Positions 13,665 through 25,756 of a DNA stretch of 64,000 nt are shown here, in pieces. Both the position numbers and the translations under genes were made by a program. The DNA is taken from positions 62,001-126,000 of the forward strand of contig JALMLS010000438.1 in the NCBI GenBank assembly GCA_038496445.1. Reading direction: 5' to 3'. The first letter of the stretch is position 1. Every line of letters begins with the position of its first letter. This DNA comes from Trichosphaerium sp. ATCC 40318. Taxonomy: Eukaryota > Protista > Tubulinea. Below the pieces are notes generated by a model. It searched no databases and was not told where the DNA came from. It was given only the letters and a program-made list of their open reading frames with translations.

Positions 13665-13934
13665 GTTCTATCAGGCAAACAATTTTGTCGGCAGTAAGTT
13701 GTTAGAGCACGTGATAAATGGCGTTACGTTACACCTGCACGTACCAATTAAGTTAGTATAATGAGAGAAAAGGTACAACGTGTGTAGGTAAGTAAAGATC
13801 TGTTTATTCTTCTGGTCAATTCCAGTCGGGACAAATGTGGACATTACATTAGAGCTCAGAAAACCGAGTTTCGTCAATTTGATTATAGCGACTTAGCGTG
13901 TAGCAAAACGGTTTTAAGTCAACCGGTAATTGTT

Positions 13935-13948
13935 ATATCACGTGATAT
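13935..13948. promoter_or_regulatory. Palindromic E-box (ATATCACGTGATAT) ~50 nt upstream of an F-box/LRR start
   Basis: Perfect 14-bp palindrome; CACGTG recurs upstream of several other starts (5836, 7472, 13708, 25921, 39373). Confidence 0.45.
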
Positions 13949-13994
13949 TGCGCCTAATTATAATCGTTTGTATTACATCTTTAAAGACGATACT

Positions 13995-15439
13995 ATGCTT
14001 TCTACCTCAAAGTGTGGTATAATCAACAGTACCACCCGTACAAGTTTATTGCAGCTACCGACAGAGATAATAGCGCTCATCCTGCGTCAAACGACCAATT
14101 CGCGCTTTTCAGCTGTCAAACCTGTCGTTTGCTTGCTTCTATTGTTCACGACATTATTGGATACCATGCTATTATGATTAAAACGTTAGCTCAAGCAAAA
14201 TCAGCTGTAAAACATGCTGGTATTCTGAAATACACAAAAATCACGCTACGAAGGAGTGTTGATGACAACATTACCAAGCAATTTGCGGGAGCTCATACTA
14301 TTGACCTTAAGAATGCTCGGATAACAGATGAAAGTGTCAAAGCACTCGCTGGTGTACATGCAATTAAACTATCATATTGTAAACACATTACAGATGAAGG
14401 TGTGAAAGCACTTGCTGGAGTCCATACTATCAACCTTAGTAACACTTCAATAACAGATGAAGGTGTGAAAGCACTCGTTGGAGTCCACACTATCAACCTT
14501 AGTACCATTTCAGTAACTGATGAAGGTGTCAAAGCACTAGCTGGTGTACACGCGATTAAACTATCATATTGTAAACACATTACAGATGAAGGTGTGAAAG
14601 CACTTGCTGGAGTTCATACTATTAACCTTAGTTACACTTCAGTAACTGATGAAGGTGTCAAAGCACTCGCTGGTGTCCACACTATTGGCCTTAATAACAC
14701 TTCAGTAACTGATGAAGGTGTCAAAGCACTAGCTGGTGTACACGCTATTAAACTATCATATTGTAAACACATTACAGATGAAGGTGTCAAAGCACTTGCT
14801 GGAGTTCATACTATTAAGCTTCGTAGAACTAAAGTAACTGATGAAGGTGTGAAAGCACTTGCTGGAGTTCATACTATTAACCTTTGTCAAGCTAAAGTAA
14901 CTGATGAAGGTGTGAAAGTACTTGCTGGAGTTCATACTATTGACCTTAGTAACACTTCAGTAACTGATGAAGGTGTCAAAGCACTTGCCGGAGTTCATAC
15001 TATCAGCGTCAAAGCACTAGCTGGTGTACACGCAATTAAACTATCATATTGTAAACACACTACAGATGAAGGTGTGAAAGCACTTGCTGGAGTCCATACT
15101 ATCAACCTTAGTTACACTTCAGTAACTGATGAAGGTGTCAAAGCACTCGCTGGAGCTAACATTATTGAGCTTAGTAACACTTCAGTAACTGATGAAGGTG
15201 TGAAAGCACTCGCTGGAGTCCATACTATTGGCCTTAGCAATACTTCAGTAACTGATGAAGGTGTTAAAGCGCTTGCTGGAGCTCACACTATTAACCTTAA
15301 TAACACTTCAGTAACTGATGAAGGTGTCAAAGCACTCGCTGGAGTTCATACTATTTACGCTTATGAAACTTCAGTATCTGAATCCCTTGCTGGTATTGAA
15401 GGGGTTAGATGGTTAATAGGGCCTAAAGTGTATATGTAA
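13995..15439 (+). CDS. F-box/LRR-repeat protein with a 1-nt frameshift in the F-box (pseudogene or sequencing error)
   Basis: LLQLPTEIIALILRQTTNSRFSA lies in one frame and QTCRLLASIV plus ~17 LRRs in the other (shift at ~14115). It aligns with the F-box of the 7652 paralog. Confidence 0.8.
14285..15360 (+). repeat. Coding tandem repeat of 63/66-nt LRR units, near-identical at DNA level
   Basis: Recurrent gtaactgatgaaggtgt(c/g)aaagcact(t/c)gctggagt(t/c)catactat; the 66-nt unit (attaaactatcatattgtaaacac) occurs four times. Confidence 0.95.
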
Positions 15440-15696
15440 GCAACTTATACAGGCAAATAAAGATAACGTGATTTAGTAGCTTTAGAGTTTGTGTTAATAG
15501 AGAACCTTCCTGCTATTGTAGGCACTAAGACAGAAAAGAAATAATACAAACATCATCACTGTCCTGTAGCTACAATGCTTTTGAGACAATGGGTTAGATT
15601 GTGCGCTTCAGCTCGGATCTGTCGCTTCGGTTAGGACCAGAAGCTGACGTTTACTATCAAAGGGTTGTATATCAAAAAAAAAAAGAACAGTATGTG

Positions 15697-15933
15697 AACT
15701 GCAAGAAGGTGACCTAATTATTTTGTTAGAAGAAAATCTAGTTTCTCTCCAAAGAGTACCTTAACAATATCACCCAAGACGATATTAGCCAAGCGTACTT
15801 CTGCTTGACAGAGCCCCATTTTTCTCCTAGACCAAGAGACATCGCCTGGAATTGTAGATTTGTGTACTGACCACCTGGCATCTTGTGAAGGTATACATCA
15901 AAAGAACCAGACTGATGTTTGTACCAGTTTCAA
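15697..15933 (-). pseudogene. Pyruvate carboxylase gene fragment (conserved carboxylase/PYC_OADA region), frameshifted
   Basis: Minus-strand translation [40 protein letters not shown], then after a frameshift [11 protein letters not shown]|VT. This matches the pyruvate carboxylase signature [21 protein letters not shown]...AN..LGDI.KVTPSS. Confidence 0.85.
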
Positions 15934-18198
15934 CTAAATGAGAAAAAAAATGGTTAGCATAAAACAAACAATCAAAGTAAACACAATCCTCTTTTTTTAT
16001 TAAGCTGCTATCAAGGCTTATCTTTGGTTCTTCTTCACCTTTGGCATCGACTTTATCTTTATATTCAGAGTTCTTATCAGCACCATTAAGATAAATAACA
16101 GATAACTTTTTACTTGTTCGTTTACTACTAACTTTATCTGTATCTGTTGTGATTGTACTAACCCAACTCTGTACTCTTGTAGGAGCTGATACTTCCGATC
16201 GTATAAGATCTTGCAACTCCTCAACTTCATTACCAATAAAAAGAACATCATAGTATTTAGCCATAAATCCAACAAGCTGTAAAAATCCACCATTGATTAT
16301 AGTCTTCAACCATTCAGCAGCACTCTGCGTATTATACAGTGGAAAGAATATAGGTGTCCATATACGAGCCATTGATTCATATGTCATTTGATTTGTAGGA
16401 TGTTGACATGTACGTCTTAGAATAGCAAATAGCATTATAAGAACACGTTTATTTTTTTCTGGTATCCGGCTTACTACTTTAAGTAATGGTTTAAAAGATA
16501 TGTTATCTTGTCCATATTGTATACACTCTAATAAACAAAAGCGTAAATATGTTAGCAGGTCAAAAAGAACTTAAGTGAGCACGTACCAAGGTACGCAGAA
16601 TAAAGTCTATCTTTAAGCGCCACTGGTATTAAATCCAAGTGGTTACTCTGCCATTTATTAAGTACATTCTTTAGAGCATGTGCTGTAGATCCTGGATCTT
16701 CAAGAGCTTCAAGAGGAACACCTTAACAATAATCAGAAAAACCGTAAAACAGGAGAAAACAGCTAGGTTCATACGACACAGTTCAAACTCCTTTTCAATT
16801 GCTCTGACTTTAGATAAATCTCCACAAACTCTAAATATACCATCTATACCATAAAAAGCCTCTAGAAAGGAACATATTAATACTCTAACCACGTGATTGA
16901 AGTACCTGATATGCAAAATTTAAACAACTTCTTTGTGAGTGTATGACATGACACAATATCAGGCTTGTCGCCTTTCATTAAATTAAAACCCAAGCGCACG
17001 TTCTTTTGAACATCTGCACAAAACAACGCTTTCCCCAGTCTTTGGTATACGCATTTATCACGCTCTTTAAAAGTCTATAGATGAAAGTAAATAACAAACA
17101 CGTGAAGAACAAAAAACCGAGAATTCAAGCTAAAACTCACATCAATGAACGGTTTCTGGTTTACCAGTATCAAGCTACTTTCCATAACTTGTGCTACTGT
17201 TTTTATACTTTGTTCTAGAGTTGGTGTAAAAGAATAAAGGAAATTTGTATTGATGCATTCCCAGCTATTCATTATATTCTTCATTTCTGTATATTGTTTA
17301 ATCATATCTTCTGTTGACGCATTATCAAGGCCATCAGAGTATACATGTAATAGAATAACCCAATCCCTTAGTCTATATACTGGTAATTAGAACAGAATCA
17401 TACATGAAGGCGAGGCGCCAACCCTGTATGTAAACAAAGAGGAACAGAATGTGTACAAGAAAAAAAGAGTAAAAGAGTTGATATTCAAACAGTTTCAAAA
17501 TAGATCTGCCGTTATTCTTGATGCACGTGGCTTATAAACAATGTCGTACCCGTTTAATTCCGGATGAATACTCCTAAAATTTGCTAGAACATACTCACAA
17601 TAACTAAGAGCTAAACGAACAAAAATGAGTTCAAAGAAACAGCCAATTAATACTCTTACCAGCGAATATTGCAGTGCCTCTCTCGTGTACTAAATTATCC
17701 AAAGCGCTAACGATAGCCTGTAGGAGGTATACGAGTTAAACTAGAAAATGAAGAGCCTGTTTAGTGAAACGCACTGTTCTCGCTGTATTAATTGGTTGGA
17801 TTGGTACTACGACTTTAGGGTTCTTTGAGAACTCTATTAAGCAGCTGTAGTACTGTTCCACAGTCAGTCCTTTAGGTAATTGGACAGGGTTCAAAATAAG
17901 CTCCTTAGCGTGATCAACTACGCTAGATTAGTATGTAACACGACTGTAGGCGTATTCGAGAATTCACAGCATAGTTACGCTTAAAAACATTTACTACGTA
18001 CTCTTACGGCCTGTAAATACGCCAGTACGCTTACGCATTGAAACACTAATGTCTAAGCAATGAATTTCTAGTATAGATGTTATTAAACGCATACAAACGC
18101 CTGGATGTACCCAGAAACCCGCGTAATTCTACTTTAGATTCACCATTGCCGAAAATGCTTTCACCATCGGTTTTAGGGTCTAGCGCCCTAGGCTCCAT
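15827..18198 (-). CDS. RhoGAP domain-containing protein, many short exons
   Basis: [25 protein letters not shown] (arginine finger) and [19 protein letters not shown] (RhoGAP NKM..NLA..F.P equivalent). Probable ATG at 18198 (MEPRALDPK). N-terminal exons not fully resolved. Confidence 0.75.
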
Positions 18199-18513
18199 CT
18201 TCAACGTTATTATATCCTTTAGTACTCTATCTAAACGAGATATTTAAGGTAGCACAAGCTCAAAAAAGGAATATTTTGCAGAACCAACTTAACCTTTTTA
18301 GAGCACTTCAATTAATAACACGCTGTGCATTCGCCTAATCAGAAGATTCTACACCTTTGGCTTACCTGAGAACCATTGCTCACTTAATGGGGATTGTTAT
18401 AGCAATGTTAGCGAAGAATTGTTTGGAAAGCCCTGTTGCCAAGATGCAAGATGATTGTCGTTTTCTTTTATTGTAACATTTTTTTGAAAATTGTTTTTTT
18501 CCTCTTTTCTTCT

Positions 18514-19554
18514 TTAAGGCATCGCACCTTTCTTTCCAATGAGTTCTGCAATATCCAATGCGACTTGGTCTTTATCTGTAGTACTATCGAGTATTGACGC
18601 TAAGTCATCTTGGAAGTCTTGGTATAATTCAGGTGCATCAGTAGGTAAGAATTCTTTATCTCTTTCAAGTCTTTCTCTTCTATCATTAAGCTCTTTCAAA
18701 AAAGCAATATACTCATCACGTGATACTGTACGCTTCTTGTCTACATTCTCAAGCTTTTTAAAAAGACGTGCACGATCTCTCCACAAACGTTGAGGCTTAA
18801 TAACGCGTGTGGCTTTGCCTAGAATCAATTCCTGTGCGACCTGAAAAAAAAAGATTAAATTCAAATACTCCTCAATTAAACGCTTTGATGACGTCTTCGA
18901 AGTGCTTCCAACAGTAAAATAAATGCGTACAGGCCCGTAAACGTTTGAATCAACTGAGTTGGCGCTGTAGTCACCCTAGACAATGAGTGTGAGAAAAACG
19001 TTTCGAGCGATAAAATAAAAAACGCTGTACCTCTAGCCAAACGTATCCCTCTTCGATTTCGTATGCCCCAGTACCATGTCGGTTTATGATATAGTCTCCC
19101 TACAAATTAATGAGTTTTTTACGTTTTGGTTTAGTGCTAAACGTACTGGCATAGCCACAATACGCTTTAAAACAGATGAGCCAATCTTGTGCGGTCCCCT
19201 TTACTTGGTTAACTAAAGAATAAAGCATTTTCGCTACCAGGCACAAACGACATCCCCTAGCTTAGGTCTGTAGCCCCACAACCACAAAGATACGGCGTCA
19301 CACCCATCCATTCTACAGAAAATGAATTTACGAATCCACAAGAGTCTGTAAAAGTGTAATTTAAACACGACGTACATGCTTGGGTTCAATACAGGCCGCA
19401 TTGAACCACCAGAGACGTAAACGCACGTCCAGAAGTTCCAATTAACCAAGGCGAACCCAGAATACACTCCAAAGCCCACAGCGGCGCCAGCCAAAATATC
19501 TTTGATTTTGAAAGTTTTCGATGCAGCACGCAAAGTATGGCTTAGCAGACTCAT
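18514..19554 (-). CDS. Mitochondrial inner membrane peptidase (IMP1/IMP2-like, peptidase S26) with C-terminal extension
   Basis: Presequence-like N-terminus plus TM; catalytic Ser in GGSMRPVLNP, Lys in VLKRIVAMPGD, then GYVWLEGDYSANSVDSNVYGPV..ELILGKA. Six exons. Confidence 0.88.
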
Positions 19555-19931
19555 GTTCAAAGTGTCAGAAACGCTATGACGCGTGTACGATGCCTATGCC
19601 TAGACTGCAGTTAAGTTTGTTAAGCCAGTAACAAAGCCGAATTCATAAGGCTATCAAACAACGCGGATTATGGTTGCACGAGGTATTTTAGTAAGCAACA
19701 ATGGCTTTGCTCGTGACCAGTGAAAGCCACCATTGAATGAATAGCGCGACAAGCGTCGAGTGATGTCAAGGAACCGTTTAGAGCCTTTCTGAGGGTTTTG
19801 GCCGTAAATGTAATAAATGTCAATTGTGCTGAGAAATGAGGATCCAACGTCAATTTATCTTGTTGGGCCTAATATCTCGTGAGTTCGTCAGTTAAGCTAC
19901 ACTGGCCAAGTATTCAATACACCCAACAGCA

Positions 19932-22104
19932 ATGTCTCGCACGGCAGGAGCACCTACAAGCGTTCATAAGGACAAACTACCTGAAGACGCCTCGAAATGG
20001 TCAGTTTCTACTTTAAAGCGCGTTCTACGCGAAAATAGAGTTTCCACAACCGGGTGCATAGAAAAACAAGATCTTATAGACCTCGTAATAAAACACCAAC
20101 TAAACAAGCCAATAATTGCGCCAGTAACGGAAGCGCCACCAGACAAAGTACCCACACTACCAGGGCTTAACGTAGCATTGATACAATCATTTCCTCAAAA
20201 AAACGTAGAATGGTGCGTGACATTTTAAAGCTTTTTTAAACCACGCCTGCTATGTTACAAACCATTTTTTGTAGGTACATAGAAAATGTAAGCGTTAAAA
20301 TGCCAACAAACAATGCTGGTCCAGAAAAGACGTGTGCGCTCATCGCAGCAGACTTGGAAGTACGTCATCTCAACAGTTTAAGCAAAATCGACGCTATCAC
20401 ACGAACCACTCGCTGACACTCTACTTCCAGAGAAACTGTATCATTGGGTTTTTTCAGATAGGAAAGATTTGGTCATCAGATGTTCTCCAGAAGTTCGTTG
20501 TACGTTGCCATTGCGTAGTCACTGTTTTACAACCACATTCCAACTGGCAATGCGTTATTTAATGACTCACTGTTTTTTTCTTTGCAGGCTTCGCTTTGTG
20601 AGAAGCCTTACGTACAAGGACAGCCTTCACATACAATCCTCGATCCATTCAGACCTCAAAAGATACTTTTCAGTCAGTCGGTAAGCAAAAACCAGCCAAC
20701 TAGCGCAACTTTTTTTTACACATATTCGAGTTTTTTTGTCTAGTGCAACTCAATTATTTACACGGCGTAGAATATACAAGCTGAGGTGAATGAGTTCTTG
20801 TCGTCTTTAAATATAAACACAGGCGCCAGTCAAAGGCCTCAAATTGTGCAAGTTATGGTATCTCAATTAAAGCAAACAGCAGAGCAAGGATTACCAAATT
20901 TAGCAGCTGCTGGGTTAACGTACGTTAAGAAAACCCAAAATTTTAACCTAAATTTGAAAAACAAAACCATTCATTGTTATCACCTTATTTATCCATTTAA
21001 GCCTTTCATTATGCGATCTATTTACTAATAAATACACAGGAGTATAGAAGGCGTAGACCATAAATTTGTTCATGCTTTATGGGACTCAGCAGCATTTTTT
21101 TACACAAAGAGTATGTTCTTATTCCACCATACGCCTTTTGGTTAACCTTCTCTCAAAGAGCCATGGACGAATGTAGACAACCTACAGTTTTTTGGCGTAC
21201 AAGTAGAATCGCTACCAATGAAGTAAGTGAACTCTATGTATTTGCGTTAGTAAGCTAACTGACCGTAGATACTGCGTATTGATGGGATTGGGAGCGCACC
21301 AATATGGGCTTTCTGTTTCTATTACCAAAGAAGCACTTAACCTTTACTTTCAAGTACGCTACTGAAATACCTCCTCAAGTGCTTATATTATTAGACTGAA
21401 GAGCAAATATGGAATGATATGGATACACTCATTCATAGTGTACAATACGGATCAATCAGAGAGTTACCTTATCAAGTGCGTTTCATAAACTTTTTTTTCT
21501 CATTTTTTTTCGTTGAAGAAAACCTTCTTTATTAGATAGTGTAAATTGTCTGTATATTAACTTGGTTTATTGTAGGATATAAAAGACTTTACCAAGAACA
21601 CTTACCCAGTTGTAGGGTTTGGCGAGACTGATCCATCAGAGCTTAGGACGTTTCCATTGTTCAGCGTTTTTTCAAAAAAAGAGGGTTTGTTGCGACCAAG
21701 CAAGGAGATGTTAGAGTTCTATGAAATTGCACTACGTGCATTACCTAATTTTGTTGATAAGATGAAACGTACGTTATAAGAAATATATTTTGTTGAGAGC
21801 ATCTGGTGGTCGCGAAAAACGGTGGCTATGGATTTACTGATTTTTTTTTCTTTCTTCAATTCTTATGTCGTTTTAGCTGCACCTGATTATCATAAATACT
21901 TCCCATCAACGTTTATGCCGTTAACTGATACTTGGCAAGTAAAAAGTGGTATTAGGTAACAAAGCAAATATAGAGTTTTTACTTGCTTACTCTATGTTTA
22001 ATAGTGGCACAATGAAGACAATTAAGGTTGTATATCCTTGCTTCACGCCACCAGAATCATTTATGAAAAACAGACCGCCTCCAGGGACACCATTACCTCA
22101 GTGA
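19932..22104 (+). CDS. SAP-like (helix-extension-helix) domain protein with an uncharacterised C-terminal domain, multi-exon
   Basis: WSVSTLKRVLRENRVSTTGCIEKQDLIDLV is a SAP/HeH-like motif. Later exons read ALWDSAAFFYTK.PWTNVDNLQFFGV..YCVLMGLGAHQYGLSVF..FPLFSVF..RPSKEMLEFYEIALRALP. Stop at 22102-22104. Confidence 0.7.
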
Positions 22105-22280
22105 ACAGGGAGTAGCTTTGATGTTAAGACAGGAAAGGAAGTTAATAAACAAAAACCCCAACAGGCGTGTATTTACGAATACATAATAGTACTTGTAGTT
22201 CTAAATAAATATTTGCACCAACTCGCCTATTATAATCAGTGCGCCAAAGTACGAATATTATGAGAATTTTGGTTAGAATC

Positions 22281-22800
22281 ACTCAAATATGCAAAGATAA
22301 CATCAAAACAAATCAACTCGGAGAACCTGCGCAAAATGTTGATGTTTGTATCTTAGTAAGATCAAGAAGAGCAACAGAAACGTTCGGTCCAACAGAAGGT
22401 AGATGGATGCAATGTTGGGTTATGCCGGAGGAATCAAACAAAAGACATCACAAATGCCAGGGTGACTCTTACAAGACATGTCACAAGAAAGGTGCTAATG
22501 AGAGGCCGACCGACACCATGGAATGAACGGTTAATTCCTGCTGAGTGCGCTGAAGCAGCTAACCGTGATCCGGAATGCTCAGACCATATTTACACTTCCG
22601 ATGTTACTTCAATCACACAAATCACAGAACGCAGTACTTTGTTATTGTGTTACAAAGCGGGCTTGTTGTAGAGGATGTAGAACACCTGGTAACAAGGCAA
22701 ATCTTTGGAGCGTATGGGACCTTGTTTGTGGTACAAGCTAGAGAAGTAACAAAGCCCATATGTTGTTGTAATCATTACAATGAAATAAATCACTTTTCAT
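22281..22800 (+). pseudogene. Truncated, internally deleted duplicate of the 3' end of the gene at 39460-42586
   Basis: High nucleotide identity of ~22282-22396 to ~41836-41948 and of ~22428-22793 to ~42267-42648, including the stop codon and 3' UTR. Frameshifted. Confidence 0.93.
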
Positions 22801-22939
22801 CAGTCTACCGCCCTTGCTGTACACATTTGCATGAATGTGGTGCAATTAAAGCAAGTGATAATGATGTTTTATGGTATTTGTTGTACGTTTGGGGTGTTTT
22901 GTTTTGTTGCTTTTACTACCCGTTTGTAGCACTGTTGGT

Positions 22940-23140
22940 GAACAGTGTTACAAGCATCAACACCCCAGAATTTCATTGTTTGAAGATTGCCAACACAGTA
23001 GGAAAGAAGTAGAGGACAAGCCTATGTTACGATGCGAGTACTGTGATGTATGGTATCACTCTGAATGCCTTGATTAGTACAAATACATGGAAGAAAAAGT
23101 AAGGCAGAGTGGTGCTTTGATTTGTCAAGAACTATACAAA
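22940..23140 (+). pseudogene. PHD-finger remnant
   Basis: KPMLRCEYCDVWYHSECLD* followed in frame by ..GALICQEL; in-frame stop and degenerate terminal CxxC. Confidence 0.5.
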
Positions 23141-23602
23141 AGTTTTAGAAGGACATGCTCACCTGACCTGAAATGTTAGAAAACAAGAAAAAAACACAGT
23201 TTACTAAGCTAGCGTGTATAATCAACAGCATATACCTTCCGGATTCTGTTTTCACCTAGTTCACTTGTGTTCTGGGCGCGTAGCCCATACTGTTGAAAAA
23301 TCCACAAAGCGTTTTTCATCACGTGATAGCAAAATAACTGGTTTTAACCTTAATACACCTGCCTTGGTGTTTGGATGCTGCGAGAGCGCTTTTGTTAGGG
23401 TTGAAGGAAGATAAATCAGCTTAGAACATTTTAAATAAAGTCACTTTATAATTACAACAACTGAAGAAATCGAGCCTATATTTTTAAGCATGATTTTTAT
23501 GAAAACAAATTTTGGATTTTTGAACACGTATAGTCCAAAAGTAGGGATTTATCTGACAAAGATTTATTCACGTTAAACTACAGCAGTTTGTGATACAAGA
23601 AA

Positions 23603-25756
23603 CTAGCACTTGGGTACATCTAAGTCCCAATTGTAGCGGTGTATTTTCCGGTTGAAAAACTTCTCAAGACCAATATAGTCAAGGTTGAGCGCACACGTGA
23701 TGGCTGGTTTAAATTCTGGATCGTTTTCAAACATGGTCCAACCTTTAAGAAAGTTCTGAAATGCCGTTTGCTCCAAACATGGCTGCCAAGGTATTTTTTT
23801 ATCATTGGTTCGTCCTGTGCTCTGAATCTCACTTTCTTCAATCAGTTTTTTGTCGTTGCCTTGTCCTATGCTCTGAATCTTATTTTCATCATCTTCTACA
23901 TCGCTGCTTTCATTCCCCTCTTCTCATCATTTTCTTCGGGCCTTTTCCATACTATAGCACTATAGAATTGCCGAAGTGTAAAAAGATCCTTGTCTCGGAT
24001 GTGGAATCGGATAAACACTTGAACCAAAGATATCAAGTCATGTTTTGGTTCATACGTAACAGGTTTGTTATCAGCATGACAAAGTAGTACATCCCTGCTA
24101 GCAAACATTTGAGTACCAGAGTATGGTAGTACCACGTTAGAATCTGCAGCAGTACCCCAATCAATGAGGTACGGCATTGAATCTATACGCATTATGTTAC
24201 TGTCACTAATATCTCTAAAACAAGAAAACAATTAGTATTGATTTCAAAAAAAGATTACTTACCTGTGTACTATTCCTTTGTTATGTATTTTCTTAAGCAG
24301 TTTAACGATTACTCCTAAGTCTGGGCATTCACCATTTGATCTTATGCGATCACAAACAGGAGTAGTTATTATGTAAGGCAACCCTTGATCAGTTTCACCA
24401 TCAGTTATCTTCTCGGAATAAGTACACTGACACAACAATATTGGTAAAACGTACAAACTTAGGCATGCCAGATATATCTTGGTCAGAGAAGCGTGTTAAG
24501 TTTTTTTTCTCGATAGCTGCATAGGGCATGTAGTTATGGTTAAACACTTTCACAGCCATATTTGTGTTGTTAACTAATACACGATATACAGAAGCAGTCC
24601 TACCAGTTCCCAACTGACGTCTTGGGGTACATTGGATATTATTGACGAAGAATGTAGGGAAGTACCATCCAAGATCCTTTGGTGTTTTGCTTAAAAACGC
24701 ACTCAATAGCTTTGAACCTGTATCATTTGGGCTGCTTATAGAGTACTCTTTAGTCAACTCATAAGAGTAGTGATAGCGGCAATCTTGTCCATGCCATATC
24801 AGCCGAATGAACATGACCTTCTCTGCATTTGACAATATACCCATCATCCATTCTCGGGGACTTTGTAGAGCCATCAATGCAGCAAGAGAGCACCTGAAAA
24901 CAAGTTAATTGTACAATAGATATTTGGGCAAGCTTTGTTTTCTTAAATTGCCACGTACATCAGCTGACCTTTGTGAGAATCTGTCAATTTCTTGTCCTTT
25001 ACCTCCCATGTAGCAACAATTTGAAGTTTATCTGGATTCACTGCACTTATATCTTCCAGATTAGCTGTAAATATCAAGTCTGGGCGATGCTTTCTCGGGA
25101 TACCATACCCACCGAATGAGAGTTTATCATGAGAATCGATACACCTTAAATGAGGCATCTGGAAGTCTACTATTTGTTTGTAGAGATGCTTGTTCAGTAC
25201 TGTTTCTTTGGTTTCTCGTTTGAACTCAATACCTTCTTCCTCTGCTGCCTCTTTTAATTTTAAATTGACCAAATCATAATTGAGGGCATCACATGATTTG
25301 TCAACAAATACAATTTTGCCCTCGGCTCCCATTTCTTCAAGCCAAGGTGCTTTGTCTTTGACAACATTAGCGTTGTTGTTTTTACCTGCCTGTTTCAAGC
25401 ACACAGAATACGCTATTTAAAGTCAATTGATAAAACACAAAAAGCAATGTAAACCGTTTTCTAATGTACCTATTATTGCTATTGATGAAAAATCACCCCA
25501 ACGGACGGTATATCTTGTCAATAGATAATTGTTATTCATCTCTACTATCATTTGTGCTACTTCCTCTTTTGCTGGTTTTGTCCAACTCCTTTTTAAGTTG
25601 CGCAAGTTGCTCTTTTGTTTTTTTGTCTTTTTCGGCCAACTCCTTTTTAAAAATTTCTCGTTGATCCTTTTTCGCAGATTCCATTTGTTCTGCAATCATA
25701 GCCTTCAATGTATCCCTGGAATACCCACATATTTCAGCAGCATTTGGATCATTCAT
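23603..25756 (-). CDS. Crinkler-like effector: coiled coil + PD-(D/E)xK REase-fold domain + protein kinase; 1-nt frameshift near the C-terminus
   Basis: HRPDLIF...WEVKDKK...GQL (REase motif); kinase LGTGRTASVY, AVKVF, IVHRDISDSNIM, LIDWG, YSGTQMFAS, DLISLV. After a shift at ~23920 a ~100-codon frame continues to ..LDYIGLEKFF..VPKC*. Confidence 0.78.

Noticed and set aside
14285-15360. Regular direct repeats resembling a CRISPR array
   Set aside because: In-frame 63/66-nt coding LRR units with no unique spacers; eukaryotic context and no cas genes.
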